A stretch of DNA of 55,042 nt from Sodaliphilus sp. (GTDB lineage Bacteria > Bacteroidota > Bacteroidia > Bacteroidales > Muribaculaceae): NCBI GenBank assembly GCA_045628365.1, contig JAZQPG010000162.1, forward strand, positions 1 through 55,042, written 5' to 3'. The translations under genes and the position numbers were made by a program. The notes under the pieces were generated by a model. That model was not told where the DNA came from. It did not search any database and saw only the letters and a program-made list of their open reading frames with translations. Below, in pieces: positions 16,616 through 26,659 of the stretch. Each line of letters starts with the position of its first letter. Position 1 is the stretch's first letter.

Positions 16616-18985
16616 TTATCGGCCTAGGATGATATCGATGACGCAGTTGACGTCGCTGATGTCGATAACACCGTCGCCGTTCACGTCGGGCATGCCACGG
16701 TAAGGCTTGCCCAGGACGGCATCAATGATGATGTTGGCGTCGTCGATGTCCACAGCGCCGTCGCCGTTGGCATCACCGGGGATGCGGGGCGAGGGGGTGT
16801 CCATCTTGTAAATCAGCTCGATGCCAGGGATCTCAAAGGAATATTGCTGTCCTGTAACGGGAGTCTCGGTAACGAAGTTAAGATACACGAAGTGAAGGGG
16901 ATACAGACCCAGGTCCTGGGCATCGCACCATGCCTGGGTGGGCAGCATCGCCACACACTCGCCGGCAACGGTGTCACAGGCGGTGATATCGCTTATCACC
17001 TGGTTGCCGCCGTTGACGGTGGCCGATAAGGTGACGCGGGTGACGTTAAGCCCACCAGGACGGTAACGCACACACATGGTGTCGGGTATACCCCACAGTG
17101 TCAGTTTCTTAGTCAACTTGATATAGGCACTGCGTGTCGACGAGCCGGTGAAGTCAATCTTCATGCCGTTGTCCAGTGCAGTGACCACGCGGTTCTTGCC
17201 GCCGCTCTGCGACACGGTCCAGGTGGCAGGGTCGATGGGGCCCTGCTCGATGCTTGTGACGCGCGCCTTGGGGTTCTGCACGTTGACCACGAGTGTGTCG
17301 CTGAAGGTGCCACCCTTGCCATAGACCATGGTGCGGCCGTCGGCCACCGCGGTGATGATGCCTTTGTCGCTCACTGTGCACACGCTCTCGTCGGCCGATG
17401 TCCACTCGAAGATGGCGGGATTCACCAGGTCGGTGCTCTCACCGCTCACGGCAACCACCTCGATAGTGTAGGGGTGGTTCCTGTCGATGACCACGCTGTC
17501 ACAACGCAGAGCGTTATCTGAAGGGTTTACGACTACCAGTTGCTTAGTGGTGACGGTTCCCAGGGTAGCATAGATGTACCCCATGGCGGGAGTGAGCGTC
17601 GCGGTGAACACGCCGTTCTCGTCAAAGGCTCCGACAGCGGGGTCGCAGCTGTAGGTGCATCCTTCAACGTCGCGGTCTTTGAGCACGCCATACTGGTTGT
17701 AGCCCCACACGGCAGGCTTGATTTGCGCTCCCACCGAGATGTTGTAGCTGCGGGGGGCAAAGTTAAGGATGCCTATCGCGTCGTCAACGGGCGCACTGCT
17801 GATGAGCAGGCAGCCGTTGCCCACGGCACGGATGGGGCCGTCGCTGGGGGTATTTATCACCTCGTCGTTGGCAATCATGCAGGAAGAGCCTCCGCCGTCA
17901 AGGTTCACGGCGTTTTCACAGCCCAGTTCCTTGAAGATGCCATAGGCCTCGGTCATGGTGATGCCCTGTGACTGCAGGCTGCGGCCGTCAACAACTACGA
18001 TAAACATGCGTGTGCTGTCGGCAGTGAAACCGATGCAGGTGCGGGGATGCTTGTCTTCCCACACATCCTCCTGCTTGCCGTTGCGCATGATGATGGTGTT
18101 GCTACCGCCCACAACCTCCTTGAAGTCGATCGAAGCGCCACCCTGGGCACGCAGGCTCACCTTGAGGCTGATTGACAGTTCGTCACCGGGCTTCATGGCG
18201 TCGGCATGGGCCACGTCGCTCCCCTCCACCCACATGTAGGCCTTGCCCGCGGGGATGGGGATCCCGCCTGCAGCGTCGATCACCTGTTCCACGACGCAGG
18301 TCTCAGTGCTGTTGGGGCGCCACTTGAAGTCACCGTCCTTGGGAGCGATGAGAACCAGTTTGCCGCTGGTGCAGGCATAGGTGTTCTTGCCATAGGAGTT
18401 GGTGAACAGGAAGGTCTGGTTGCCACCGGTGCTTTCATATTCCAGGCGCAGCATGTTGACGGTGTGCACGCGGAACGAGCTGCCGCCATGCTTGCACTGG
18501 GCGCTGAAGTCCACGCGGTCGATATAGGGGCGCTTGTTCTCATCAAGGATGAAACATGCTGTGCCCACGGGGTTGACGACCACCTCGCTGCGGCGCAACT
18601 GGCCGCTGCGTGGCATGCCCACCTCGGCAGGCGGATTGGTCATGTAGAAGTCACCGTTGCAGGCTCCCACCACCTCATGACCGGGGCGGGTGTTGCGCGC
18701 GATCATGCTGGGAGGGGTCTCACAGCCCACGGCGCTCTCACCGCCCAGACAGGTCTCAAACTGGATATAGGGGTTGTTGAGGTCCACCTCCATGACGCTC
18801 ACCTTGAGCGGCATCTCGGGGAGGTCGAACTTGCTCAACGACACGCCAGGTCCCACGGGATGGGGATAGATGAGAGTGTCGACTTGGTAGGGCTTGCCGT
18901 TGAGCGTCCAGTGGGTCAACGCTTGCGCCGGCACAAACGCGGCAAGAGCCAGCGCGGCAAGTATCAATCTATTGAAAATCTTCAT
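16616..18985 (-). CDS. Phosphodiester glycosidase (NAGPA/DUF2233) + Ig-like (Big_2) + C-terminal dockerin-like module
   Basis: Signal peptide; ACNGDFY, HPRTCIG, VVVDGR, AVNLDGGGSS; WTSADESVCTVSDKGIITAV; GDANGDGAVDIDD...DVNGDGVIDISD. Confidence 0.88.
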   Translation of the reverse strand: MKIFNRLILAALALAAFVPAQALTHWTLNGKPYQVDTLIYPHPVGPGVSLSKFDLPEMPLKVSVMEVDLNNPYIQFETCLGGESAVGCETPPSMIARNTRPGHEVVGACNGDFYMTNPPAEVGMPRSGQLRRSEVVVNPVGTACFILDENKRPYIDRVDFSAQCKHGGSSFRVHTVNMLRLEYESTGGNQTFLFTNSYGKNTYACTSGKLVLIAPKDGDFKWRPNSTETCVVEQVIDAAGGIPIPAGKAYMWVEGSDVAHADAMKPGDELSISLKVSLRAQGGASIDFKEVVGGSNTIIMRNGKQEDVWEDKHPRTCIGFTADSTRMFIVVVDGRSLQSQGITMTEAYGIFKELGCENAVNLDGGGSSCMIANDEVINTPSDGPIRAVGNGCLLISSAPVDDAIGILNFAPRSYNISVGAQIKPAVWGYNQYGVLKDRDVEGCTYSCDPAVGAFDENGVFTATLTPAMGYIYATLGTVTTKQLVVVNPSDNALRCDSVVIDRNHPYTIEVVAVSGESTDLVNPAIFEWTSADESVCTVSDKGIITAVADGRTMVYGKGGTFSDTLVVNVQNPKARVTSIEQGPIDPATWTVSQSGGKNRVVTALDNGMKIDFTGSSTRSAYIKLTKKLTLWGIPDTMCVRYRPGGLNVTRVTLSATVNGGNQVISDITACDTVAGECVAMLPTQAWCDAQDLGLYPLHFVYLNFVTETPVTGQQYSFEIPGIELIYKMDTPSPRIPGDANGDGAVDIDDANIIIDAVLGKPYRGMPDVNGDGVIDISDVNCVIDIILGR

Positions 18986-19010
18986 CTTAGTTCTCGTTTT
19001 AAAATTATAG

Positions 19011-19216
19011 TTCTAGGTTCTCTAGGCGGGCTAGGCTTTCTAGGTTCTATAGGTTCTATAGGCTTTCTAGGCTTTCTAGGCTTTCTAGGGAGATAAGCCA
19101 CATAGGCTACATAGGCCACATAGGCCACATAGGCTACATAGGCTGGCGATTAACCTCTTAACCTTTTAACCTTTTAAACCTTTAAACCTTTAAACCTTTA
19201 AACTTTTAAACCTTTA
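19011..19216. repeat. Composite intergenic array: 9-bp CTAG units, 9-bp CATAGGCYA units, 8-bp TTAACC units
   Basis: (ttctaggct)n 19011-19090; (cataggcya)n 19097-19143; (tttaaacc)n 19150-19216. Confidence 0.85.
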
Positions 19217-19224
19217 CAAAAAAA

Positions 19225-21612
19225 TCACTTCCCTAGGATGATGTTGATGATCACGTTGATGTCATCAATGTCGACGACGCCGTCGCCATTAGCATCGGGG
19301 GTGCCGGTGTAAGGCTTGCCCAGGACAGCGTCAATGACGATGTTGGCATCCTCGATGTCAACCACTCCGTCGCCATTGGCATCGCCCTTGATCCTCTCGG
19401 GATGCAGGGGAATGCAGTTGTAGATGGTCTCAATGCCCATGAAGTCCATCACATACTGCTGGCCGGTGTTAGAGGTGCCCATACCCACCTGGATGCTTGA
19501 CAGGTGCACGGGGTGGTTGCCCATGTCGGCAGCGTCCATCCATGAGTTCATGGGAACGTCAAAGTAGTTCTCTACGTTAGGCTTAATCTCAACGGGGGTA
19601 ACAGTCTGGTAGTTGATGCCGCCGCCATTGGTGCGCAGACCGAAGACAACGTTCTTAACCGGAGCATCGCCGGGGTTGAGGCGCACGCGCAGGGTGTCGG
19701 GCAGCGACCACAGGTCGAAGTCCTTAGACATCGACAGCTTGGGAGCACGGCTTGAACTGCCGGTGTACTGGTAGGTGAAGCCGTCGCCATGGGCAGTGAT
19801 AACGGCATCCTTGCCGCCAGCCTGCGAGAACTTCCAGGTGCTCACGTCAACACCGGGATCGATGGGCATGGCATGGGCGGTGGGGATCTCGACAACCACC
19901 TTGAGGGTGTCGCTGCGGCCGTCCAGGGTACCCACGATGAGAGCCTCGCCGTTCTTCACGCCCTTCACCAGGCCGGTGTGGGCGCCAACCTCACACACCG
20001 AGGGATCGCTTGATGTCCACTCCAGTGCCGAGGGGTCGATGGGCATCACGGTCTCCATGACCATGCTCTGCACGTCGACGGGATACTCGAGGCTACCGTC
20101 GTTGATCACCTTGTCATACTTGATTTTAACAGCGTCAACGCTGCCGCCAACGAACATCTCCTTCTGCACGGTGATGTCGCCCAGTGTAGCGGTGAGCAGG
20201 TCCTTGCCCTCGCCGTCGCCAAAGAACACCGAGTCGTTCTTGATGTGGCCAATGGTCTCGGGGCAAGAGAGCTTCACGCCCTTGACATCCTGGTCGATGA
20301 GCATGCCATACTTGTTGTAGCCATAGAACCTGGGGGTATAGATGCCATACTTGGGGGTATTGAGCTTGTAGTCCACGAAGCGTATAGAGGCAATCACGTC
20401 ATCATCGGGAGCGCGGCTCACGCAGTAGAAGCCGTTGCCGTCGGCACGCTCGCTGCCGTCGCTGGGCTTGTTGCGGATGCCCAGGGTGCTGGTGTAGAGC
20501 ACTGCCGAGCCACCGCCGTCAACGTTCATCGCGTCGGTAACGCCAAAGTAGCGCATGATGTCGGCAAGCGCCTTGGTGCGCACACCGCTCGAGAGAGTGC
20601 TGCGGCCGTCGACCACGCAGAAGTAGGCCTTGTCGCCGCCATGGCTGTAACCCACTGCGGCGCGGGGCTGCTGTGAGTTAGCGTCACCGCGGTCGGCCTC
20701 GCTGTCGAGAACCACGCCGTTCTCAAGGATCTTGGGATTACCCGAGATAATGGTTTCGGGCTTCACGCTGACACCGTTATAGGTCCAGGTGAGGTTCACG
20801 GTCACCTCGTCGCCGGGCTTGAGGCCCTTGGTGAACGAGGCTGCAGTGCCGTGGCCAAAGAGCACTACCTCTCCGTCGGGGATGGTGGCGTCGGCAGTCT
20901 CCTCAGGTTCTCCTGTGACGATGAGCTTCACGTCGCCCGTAGTGGTGAACTTGTAGCCATCGGCCACCTTTGCTGTCACACAGGTTCCCACGGCTCCCTG
21001 GCTGGTGCTGCCATAGTAGCGGTCGTTGTAGATGGTCACCTTGTTGCTGCTGTAACCGGCATTGAGCACGCTGATCTTAGCACTGTTGCCCGACGCGTCC
21101 TTGACGGTACCGGCAAAGGTGAAGGGGTTGATATAGAACTTGCCGTCATAGTCGACGATGAAGTTCTTGTAGTTGGTGACATTGGTGCGGGCCCGGAAAA
21201 TCTCGCCGTCGACAACGGTTGAGCCCACAGGCGAGCCAATCTGTGACACGCCGCGCACGGTTTGTCCGCTGGTGGCGAAGAAGTCGGCGTTCACACCGAT
21301 GAAGTAGCGCTGTCCGGGAGCACTCTTGCGCTCGGCCATGGCCGAGATGCGCTCGTTGCCGGCAAGCATATCCTTGGCACACACGCCGCGCAGCGACAGG
21401 TACTCGTTGGTCATGTCCATTGTGGTGTAGAACACGCGCAGCTGGTTAGTGGAGTTGTGGAACCATAGTGAAGTCTGCATGGTGCCGGGACCCACCTGGT
21501 TGTGGAACAGGGTGTCGACTGTATACTCAACGCCCAGCACGTTCCACGTGGCGCTGGCCCATGAAGTCATTGCCGCGAGCGCCAGAGCGATAGAAGTGAT
21601 AATTCGTTTCAT
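19225..21612 (-). CDS. Phosphodiester glycosidase (NAGPA/DUF2233) + Big_2 + dockerin-like module; paralogue of 16616..18985
   Basis: Signal peptide; GVNADFF, QPRAAVG, CVVDGR, AMNVDGGGS; WTSSDPSV; GDANGDGVVDIED...DANGDGVVDIDD. Confidence 0.88.
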   Translation of the reverse strand: MKRIITSIALALAAMTSWASATWNVLGVEYTVDTLFHNQVGPGTMQTSLWFHNSTNQLRVFYTTMDMTNEYLSLRGVCAKDMLAGNERISAMAERKSAPGQRYFIGVNADFFATSGQTVRGVSQIGSPVGSTVVDGEIFRARTNVTNYKNFIVDYDGKFYINPFTFAGTVKDASGNSAKISVLNAGYSSNKVTIYNDRYYGSTSQGAVGTCVTAKVADGYKFTTTGDVKLIVTGEPEETADATIPDGEVVLFGHGTAASFTKGLKPGDEVTVNLTWTYNGVSVKPETIISGNPKILENGVVLDSEADRGDANSQQPRAAVGYSHGGDKAYFCVVDGRSTLSSGVRTKALADIMRYFGVTDAMNVDGGGSAVLYTSTLGIRNKPSDGSERADGNGFYCVSRAPDDDVIASIRFVDYKLNTPKYGIYTPRFYGYNKYGMLIDQDVKGVKLSCPETIGHIKNDSVFFGDGEGKDLLTATLGDITVQKEMFVGGSVDAVKIKYDKVINDGSLEYPVDVQSMVMETVMPIDPSALEWTSSDPSVCEVGAHTGLVKGVKNGEALIVGTLDGRSDTLKVVVEIPTAHAMPIDPGVDVSTWKFSQAGGKDAVITAHGDGFTYQYTGSSSRAPKLSMSKDFDLWSLPDTLRVRLNPGDAPVKNVVFGLRTNGGGINYQTVTPVEIKPNVENYFDVPMNSWMDAADMGNHPVHLSSIQVGMGTSNTGQQYVMDFMGIETIYNCIPLHPERIKGDANGDGVVDIEDANIVIDAVLGKPYTGTPDANGDGVVDIDDINVIINIILGK

Positions 21613-21627
21613 ATTAAGAGGCTAATT

Positions 21628-21662
21628 AAAAAACGTGCCTGGATGATTACCCAGGCACGTTT
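21628..21662 (-). terminator. Intrinsic terminator or stabilising stem-loop
   Basis: AAACGTGCCTGG-n8-CCAGGCACGTTT with an A-tract. Confidence 0.75.
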
Positions 21663-21678
21663 ATCATGAGTTTGTCAA

Positions 21679-23091
21679 TTATTTACCCAATACCTTGTCG
21701 AGGGTAGCGTTCATGTCGTCGATGTCGACATTGCCGTCCTTGTTAACGTCGGCACGGCCGTTGTACTTGGCTGCGTCGTCCTTACCCAGAACAATGTCAA
21801 CCAGGATGTTAGCGTCGTCGATGTCAACAACACCGTCACCGTTCACGTCACCAGGCAGGCCGGGAGCGGGATCGTCACCACCCACGTTCTTACCAATCTT
21901 GTAAACACCGATACCGTTGTAGCACTTGTAAGTGAGCAGAGTAATCTCCTCGTTGCCCTCGGCGTCAACACCCTTCTGAGCGTTGAGGCAGTGGATACGA
22001 GTACCCGAGTCAGAAACCTTGCCAAGAGAGTCGGCGGGGATGGTCCAGTAGTGGGTCATGCCCTCGATCATCATGCCCTCGCCCAGCTCGCAGATGTTTG
22101 CCTGGCAGCCGTGACCGTCGCCACTGTACTGAGCCTTAGAGTAAACAACGAAGTTGCGGCCCTCGAGAGAGAACTCGGTAACACCGTTGGTACCAGCCTC
22201 GGGAACGAGCTCGGGCTGATCAGCAGCTACCTCTTCAAATGAAGTGATGATAGCACCTGAGAAGTCATAGAGTGCGGGAGCGCTCTGGAAACCGTCCAGC
22301 CAGAAGTAGTCACCGCGATAGAGGCTCTCCTCGTCCTCGCCCAGGATGATCTTCACGTAGGGAGCATAACCCCACTGAGTGACTGTCTCGGGATAGAACA
22401 TGGTGAAGTCAATGTAAGTGTCGCCCTCGAAACCGCCTTCGAAGTCACTGCCTTCCTCGGCCTGCCAGCGATAAACGGTGGGAGCCTGTGAACCCATACC
22501 CATGATGGTACACATAGCCTGCTCGCGGGTGATGTCACCAACGAGGTCAAGGTAGTCAACGCGAACAACAACGTCGCCCTTCTCGAGCTCAGCTACGAGT
22601 GTGAGCTCACCGGTCTCGGTGTTGAGCTGATAAACCTTCTGGATAGTGTTGGCCTCTGATGCATAGGGAGCTACCCACATGTGGCCAAAGTGGTCAGTAC
22701 CGATGTTGTTGGCATAGAGCGAAGCTGCTTCCTTAGTACCGTAGGGCTTGCCGTCCAGGGTAAGGGGGAGGTCGGCGAGACGCTCGCCAGTGTTAGCGTC
22801 AAAGCGATAAACAACACACTGGAGGATAGAGTCGTTTTCCTCAGTCACAGCGAGCTGAGCGCCAGAGCGAGAAACGTAAACAACGCCCTCGTTCATGGTT
22901 GCCATGCGGGCATAAGTACCCTGAGAAAGAGGAGATGCGTTGAACTCAGCGGGAGTGTGAACGCGGTCCATGATCCACAGGTTCTTGATCTTGATGTCGT
23001 TAACGGGCTCGTAGGTCTGGCCGTCGGTAGCCGCCCACGCACTTGCCATGGCAGTTAAAGCCATTGTGCAAAGGAGTAAAAATTTCTTCAT
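21679..23091 (-). CDS. Secreted uncharacterised (propeller-like) protein with dockerin-like module, paralogue 1
   Basis: Signal peptide; acidic ~390-aa domain; PGDVNGDGVVDIDDANILVDIVLG...ADVNKDGNVDIDD. Confidence 0.8.
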   Translation of the reverse strand: MKKFLLLCTMALTAMASAWAATDGQTYEPVNDIKIKNLWIMDRVHTPAEFNASPLSQGTYARMATMNEGVVYVSRSGAQLAVTEENDSILQCVVYRFDANTGERLADLPLTLDGKPYGTKEAASLYANNIGTDHFGHMWVAPYASEANTIQKVYQLNTETGELTLVAELEKGDVVVRVDYLDLVGDITREQAMCTIMGMGSQAPTVYRWQAEEGSDFEGGFEGDTYIDFTMFYPETVTQWGYAPYVKIILGEDEESLYRGDYFWLDGFQSAPALYDFSGAIITSFEEVAADQPELVPEAGTNGVTEFSLEGRNFVVYSKAQYSGDGHGCQANICELGEGMMIEGMTHYWTIPADSLGKVSDSGTRIHCLNAQKGVDAEGNEEITLLTYKCYNGIGVYKIGKNVGGDDPAPGLPGDVNGDGVVDIDDANILVDIVLGKDDAAKYNGRADVNKDGNVDIDDMNATLDKVLGK

Positions 23092-23272
23092 GTTTGTTAA
23101 GTTTTAGTTTATGTTATTTGTTAATTTAGTCCTATGAAACTCATTAGGTTTTTTCAGGCGATAAAATTACAAAAAATATTACATCCACACAACATTTTTT
23201 GGAAAATTTAAACATGAAACTTCAGTGTAGGGCATCAATCCCCGTATGACCTGGTCAGTTGCAGCACAACAA

Positions 23273-23312
23273 ACTCCCCTGCCCCACCACATCACCGTGG
23301 GAGCAGGGGAGT
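23273..23312 (-). terminator. Stem-loop downstream of 23477..24865
   Basis: ACTCCCCTGC...GCAGGGGAGT. Confidence 0.6.
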
Positions 23313-23337
23313 GAAATCATAGACTTTTAAGGGGGAG

Positions 23338-23476
23338 TAGGGTTTATAGGGTTTATAGGGTTTATAGGCTACATAGGCTACATAGGCTACATAGCCTACA
23401 TAGGCTACATAGGCAGGAAGTTAACCTTTAAACCTTTTAACCATTTAACCATTTAACCCTTTAACCTTTTAACCCT
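23338..23476. repeat. Composite array: 9-bp TATAGG/CATAGG units then 8-bp TTAACC units
   Basis: (tagggttta)3 (taggctaca)5, then (ttaacc.t)7; ends at the stop codon at 23477. Same unit types as 19097-19216. Confidence 0.85.
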
Positions 23477-24865
23477 TTACTTACCAAGCACCTTGTCGAG
23501 GGTTGCGTTCATGTCGTCGATGTCGACATTGCCGTCCCTGTTAACGTCGGCACGGCCGTTGTACTTGGCTGCGTCGTCCTTACCCAGAACAATGTCAACC
23601 AGGATGTTAGCATCGTCTATGTCGATAACGCCGTCGCCGTTAACGTCGCCAGGCAGAGCGGGATCGGGATCGTCACCACCCACGTTCTTGCCAATCTGGT
23701 AAACCGACATACCGTTGAAGCTCTTGAAGTTGAACAGAGTGACAACATCCTCGCCCTGCTCGTCCTTGCTGTACTGCACGTTGAAGCAGTGGATGCGGTT
23801 ACCGCCGTCCGACACCTTGCCCAGTGAGTCGGCAGGAATCTGCCAGTACTTCTGCATGCCCTCGAGCGACATGCCCTCACCCAGCTCACAGATGTTGGCC
23901 TGGCAGCCGTGGCCGTCGCCACTGTACTGAGCCATAGAGTAAACGATGAAGTTGCGGCCGTCGATCTTGAACTCGGTAACACCGTTGGTACCATCCTCGG
24001 GCCACAGCTCGACGTCAACACCCTCAAACGACTCAACGAGAGAACCGTCGCTCTGGTACAAGATAGGCTTGCTGTAGAAACCGTCGACATACATCAGGTC
24101 GCCGCTATAGAGAGTCTCCTCGTCCTCGCCCAGGAGAATCTTGGCGAAGGGACCGTAACCCCACTCGGTAACTGTCTCGGGATAGAACATGGTAGCGTCG
24201 AGGTAAGTGTCGCCGTCAAAGCCGCCCTCAAAGTCACCGCCCTGTTCGGCATACCAGCTGTAGAGGGTGGGCACGTTGGTAGCAGCGTTAACAACCTTAC
24301 AGGGAGCCTGCTCGCGGGTAATGTCGCCCACGAGGTCATAGTAGTCGGTGCGTGCAATCACGTCACCCTTGTCGAGGTCGGCAATCTTAGTGAGCTCACC
24401 GCTCTCGGGATCAAGCTGATACAGGGGTATATATGTTGCTTTCTCGCTAGTGTAGGGAGCTACCCACAGGTGGCCAAAGTTGTCCACGCCGATGCTGTTG
24501 ACGCCCAGGAACATGCCGAAGGGGCGTCCTTCGAAAGTAATGTCCAGATCGGGCAGCGCGCTACCGTCCTTAACATTGAAACGGTGAACCACAGCAGCTA
24601 CTACAGTGTCGCCAGGAGCAACAACAACGCTCTTCTCCTCACTGCGGGGTACATAGATCACATCACCGCTCATCACAGCCGTGCGGGCACGGGTGTGGCA
24701 AATGGGGCTTGCAGCAAATTCTTTGGGAGTGTGGACACGGTCAAATGACCACAGGTTCTTAATCTTGAGGCCATTGACCTCGTCATAAGTCTGGCCATCG
24801 GTAGCCGCAGCAGCGCCCACCCATGCCATTACTGCCATCGAAGCAAGAAGTAATAATTTCTTCAT
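23477..24865 (-). CDS. Secreted uncharacterised (propeller-like) protein with dockerin-like module, paralogue 2
   Basis: Aligns end to end with 21679..23091 (TDGQTY, DRVHTP, GDITREQA, QYSGDGHGCQA, IPADSLGKVSD); near-identical dockerin. Confidence 0.8.
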   Translation of the reverse strand: MKKLLLLASMAVMAWVGAAAATDGQTYDEVNGLKIKNLWSFDRVHTPKEFAASPICHTRARTAVMSGDVIYVPRSEEKSVVVAPGDTVVAAVVHRFNVKDGSALPDLDITFEGRPFGMFLGVNSIGVDNFGHLWVAPYTSEKATYIPLYQLDPESGELTKIADLDKGDVIARTDYYDLVGDITREQAPCKVVNAATNVPTLYSWYAEQGGDFEGGFDGDTYLDATMFYPETVTEWGYGPFAKILLGEDEETLYSGDLMYVDGFYSKPILYQSDGSLVESFEGVDVELWPEDGTNGVTEFKIDGRNFIVYSMAQYSGDGHGCQANICELGEGMSLEGMQKYWQIPADSLGKVSDGGNRIHCFNVQYSKDEQGEDVVTLFNFKSFNGMSVYQIGKNVGGDDPDPALPGDVNGDGVIDIDDANILVDIVLGKDDAAKYNGRADVNRDGNVDIDDMNATLDKVLGK

Positions 24866-24994
24866 AATAATTAGGTTTTTGATTGGTTTATGTATAAACT
24901 ATTATTGGGGGTAAAATTACAATAAAAAAACCAACCCCACAAACATTTTAACACAAAAACCACAAACAGGTCCAAAAGCACCAGCACCCCAACT

Positions 24995-25044
24995 AAAAGA
25001 GACCCCTTAGAGCCTCTGTACAGCACAGAGTCTCTAAGGGATCC
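24995..25044 (-). terminator. Stem-loop downstream of 25174..26598
   Basis: CCCTTAGAG-CCTCTGT...ACAGAG-TCTCTAAGGG with an A-rich flank. Confidence 0.55.
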
Positions 25045-25067
25045 CAAATTCGTCACGAAAACGCTCT

Positions 25068-25163
25068 CTTAAAACGAAGCGTCCTTAAAGGTTGCAAAGC
25101 AACCGTCCTTAAAGCGAAGCGTCCTTATAGCCTGCGCAGCAGGCGTTCTTAAAGCGAAGCGCT
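25068..25163 (+). repeat. Alternating 16/24-bp mini-hairpin array (40-bp period)
   Basis: cttaaaacgaagcgtc | cttaaaggttgcaaagcaaccgtc | cttaaagcgaagcgtc | cttatagcctgcgcagcaggcgtt | cttaaagcgaagcgct. Confidence 0.8.
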
Positions 25164-25173
25164 CCGAAAAAAA

Positions 25174-26598
25174 CTACTTTCCAAGCACCTTGTCGAGGGT
25201 TGCGTTCATGTCGTCGATGTCGCCATTGCCGTCCTTGTTAACGTCGGCACGGCCGTTGTACTTGGCTGCGTCGTCCTTACCCAGAACAATGTCAACCAGG
25301 ATGTTAGCATCGTCGATGTCGATAACACCATCACCGTTAACATCGCCAGGCAGAGCGGGATCGGGAGTGTCGCCACCCACGTTCTTACCAATCTTGTAGA
25401 CTGCCATACCGTTGTAAGCCTTGAAAGTGAACAGGGTCACAACCTCGTCGCCCTGCTCGTCGAGCTCGGTCTCGGTGCTGAGGCAATGAACGCGCAGACC
25501 GGTGTCAGACACCTTGCCAAGAGAGTCGGCGGGAAGCTGCCAACGCATCTCGAGGCTCTTGAGCGACATGTCCTCATCGGTAAACTCGCACACATAAGCC
25601 TGGCAACCGTTGCCGTCCTTGTCATACTGTCCCTTGGGGTAAGCCAGGAACTTGCGGCCGTCAACGCTGAACTCGCAGGTACCGTTGGCGTTCTTGTCGC
25701 GCTGCTTCACTGCATCGTCGGCCTCCTCAAAGGTGTCGATCAGCGTGCCGTCCTTAGTGTAGAGAACCGGGTCACGGCCAAAGCAGTCGATGTAGAACAG
25801 CTCGCCGTCATAGCGTGTTTCCTCGTCCTCGCCCAGGAGCATCTTCACAACGGGAGCCAGCGAGAAACCGGTGCAGGTCTCGGGATAGTACTCGGTGAAG
25901 TCAACGAACACGTCGCCTTCAAAGCCGCCCTGCCAGTCATCAACACCAGCTTCGCCCTGCTCCTCGGTCCAGCAGTACACTGAGGGGCTGCCGGGATCGC
26001 TACCGCTACCGGCAACGGTCATGATGGTACACTTAGCCTGTTCGCAGGTGATGTCGCCCACTACGTCAAGGTAGTCGGTACGCTCGATAGCCTCGCCCTT
26101 GCTCAGGTTACCCATGAGGGTGAGCTCGCCGGTCTCGGTGTTCACCATGTAGATGGGAATCATGGCCTGTGCATTGCTGGTCATGGGAGCTACCCAGATG
26201 TGGTGGAAGTTGTCTTTGCCCACGCTGGCTACGCCCAGGAAGCGGCTATAGGGAGCGCCGCCCAGGGTGAGGGGCAGGTCTTCAAGCTGAGCACCGGTCT
26301 TAACGTCAAAACGGTGCAGCACGCTCTGCATCACGGTGTCGTTGCCCACTACACACATCTTCTCCTCGCTGCGGCCCACATAGATGACGCCGTTGTCCAT
26401 AACCGCAGTGCGGGCGCGGGTGTTGCAGATGTCGTTAACCAAGTAGTCCTTGGGAGTGTGAACGCGGTCAAAGATCCACTGGTTGGCGATCTTGAGACCA
26501 TCATACTCGGCATAGGTCTGGCCATCGGTAACGGCCCATGCCTGGCTCATTGACACGAGAGCCAAGGCTGCTGTGAGTAATAATTTCTTCATTGTCAT
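25174..26598 (-). CDS. Secreted uncharacterised (propeller-like) protein with dockerin-like module, paralogue 3
   Basis: Same motifs as the other two paralogues; start at 26598 or 26592. Confidence 0.8.
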   Translation of the reverse strand: MTMKKLLLTAALALVSMSQAWAVTDGQTYAEYDGLKIANQWIFDRVHTPKDYLVNDICNTRARTAVMDNGVIYVGRSEEKMCVVGNDTVMQSVLHRFDVKTGAQLEDLPLTLGGAPYSRFLGVASVGKDNFHHIWVAPMTSNAQAMIPIYMVNTETGELTLMGNLSKGEAIERTDYLDVVGDITCEQAKCTIMTVAGSGSDPGSPSVYCWTEEQGEAGVDDWQGGFEGDVFVDFTEYYPETCTGFSLAPVVKMLLGEDEETRYDGELFYIDCFGRDPVLYTKDGTLIDTFEEADDAVKQRDKNANGTCEFSVDGRKFLAYPKGQYDKDGNGCQAYVCEFTDEDMSLKSLEMRWQLPADSLGKVSDTGLRVHCLSTETELDEQGDEVVTLFTFKAYNGMAVYKIGKNVGGDTPDPALPGDVNGDGVIDIDDANILVDIVLGKDDAAKYNGRADVNKDGNGDIDDMNATLDKVLGK

Positions 26599-26659
26599 GA
26601 TTTCGTTTATGGTTAATAATTAATAAGTTATATTCATTTTAATTCCTTCCATCCCGTAT

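Noticed and set aside
25068-25163. Mini CRISPR array
   Set aside because: Units are only 16 and 24 bp, the would-be spacers are themselves related hairpins, and there are no cas genes or leader.
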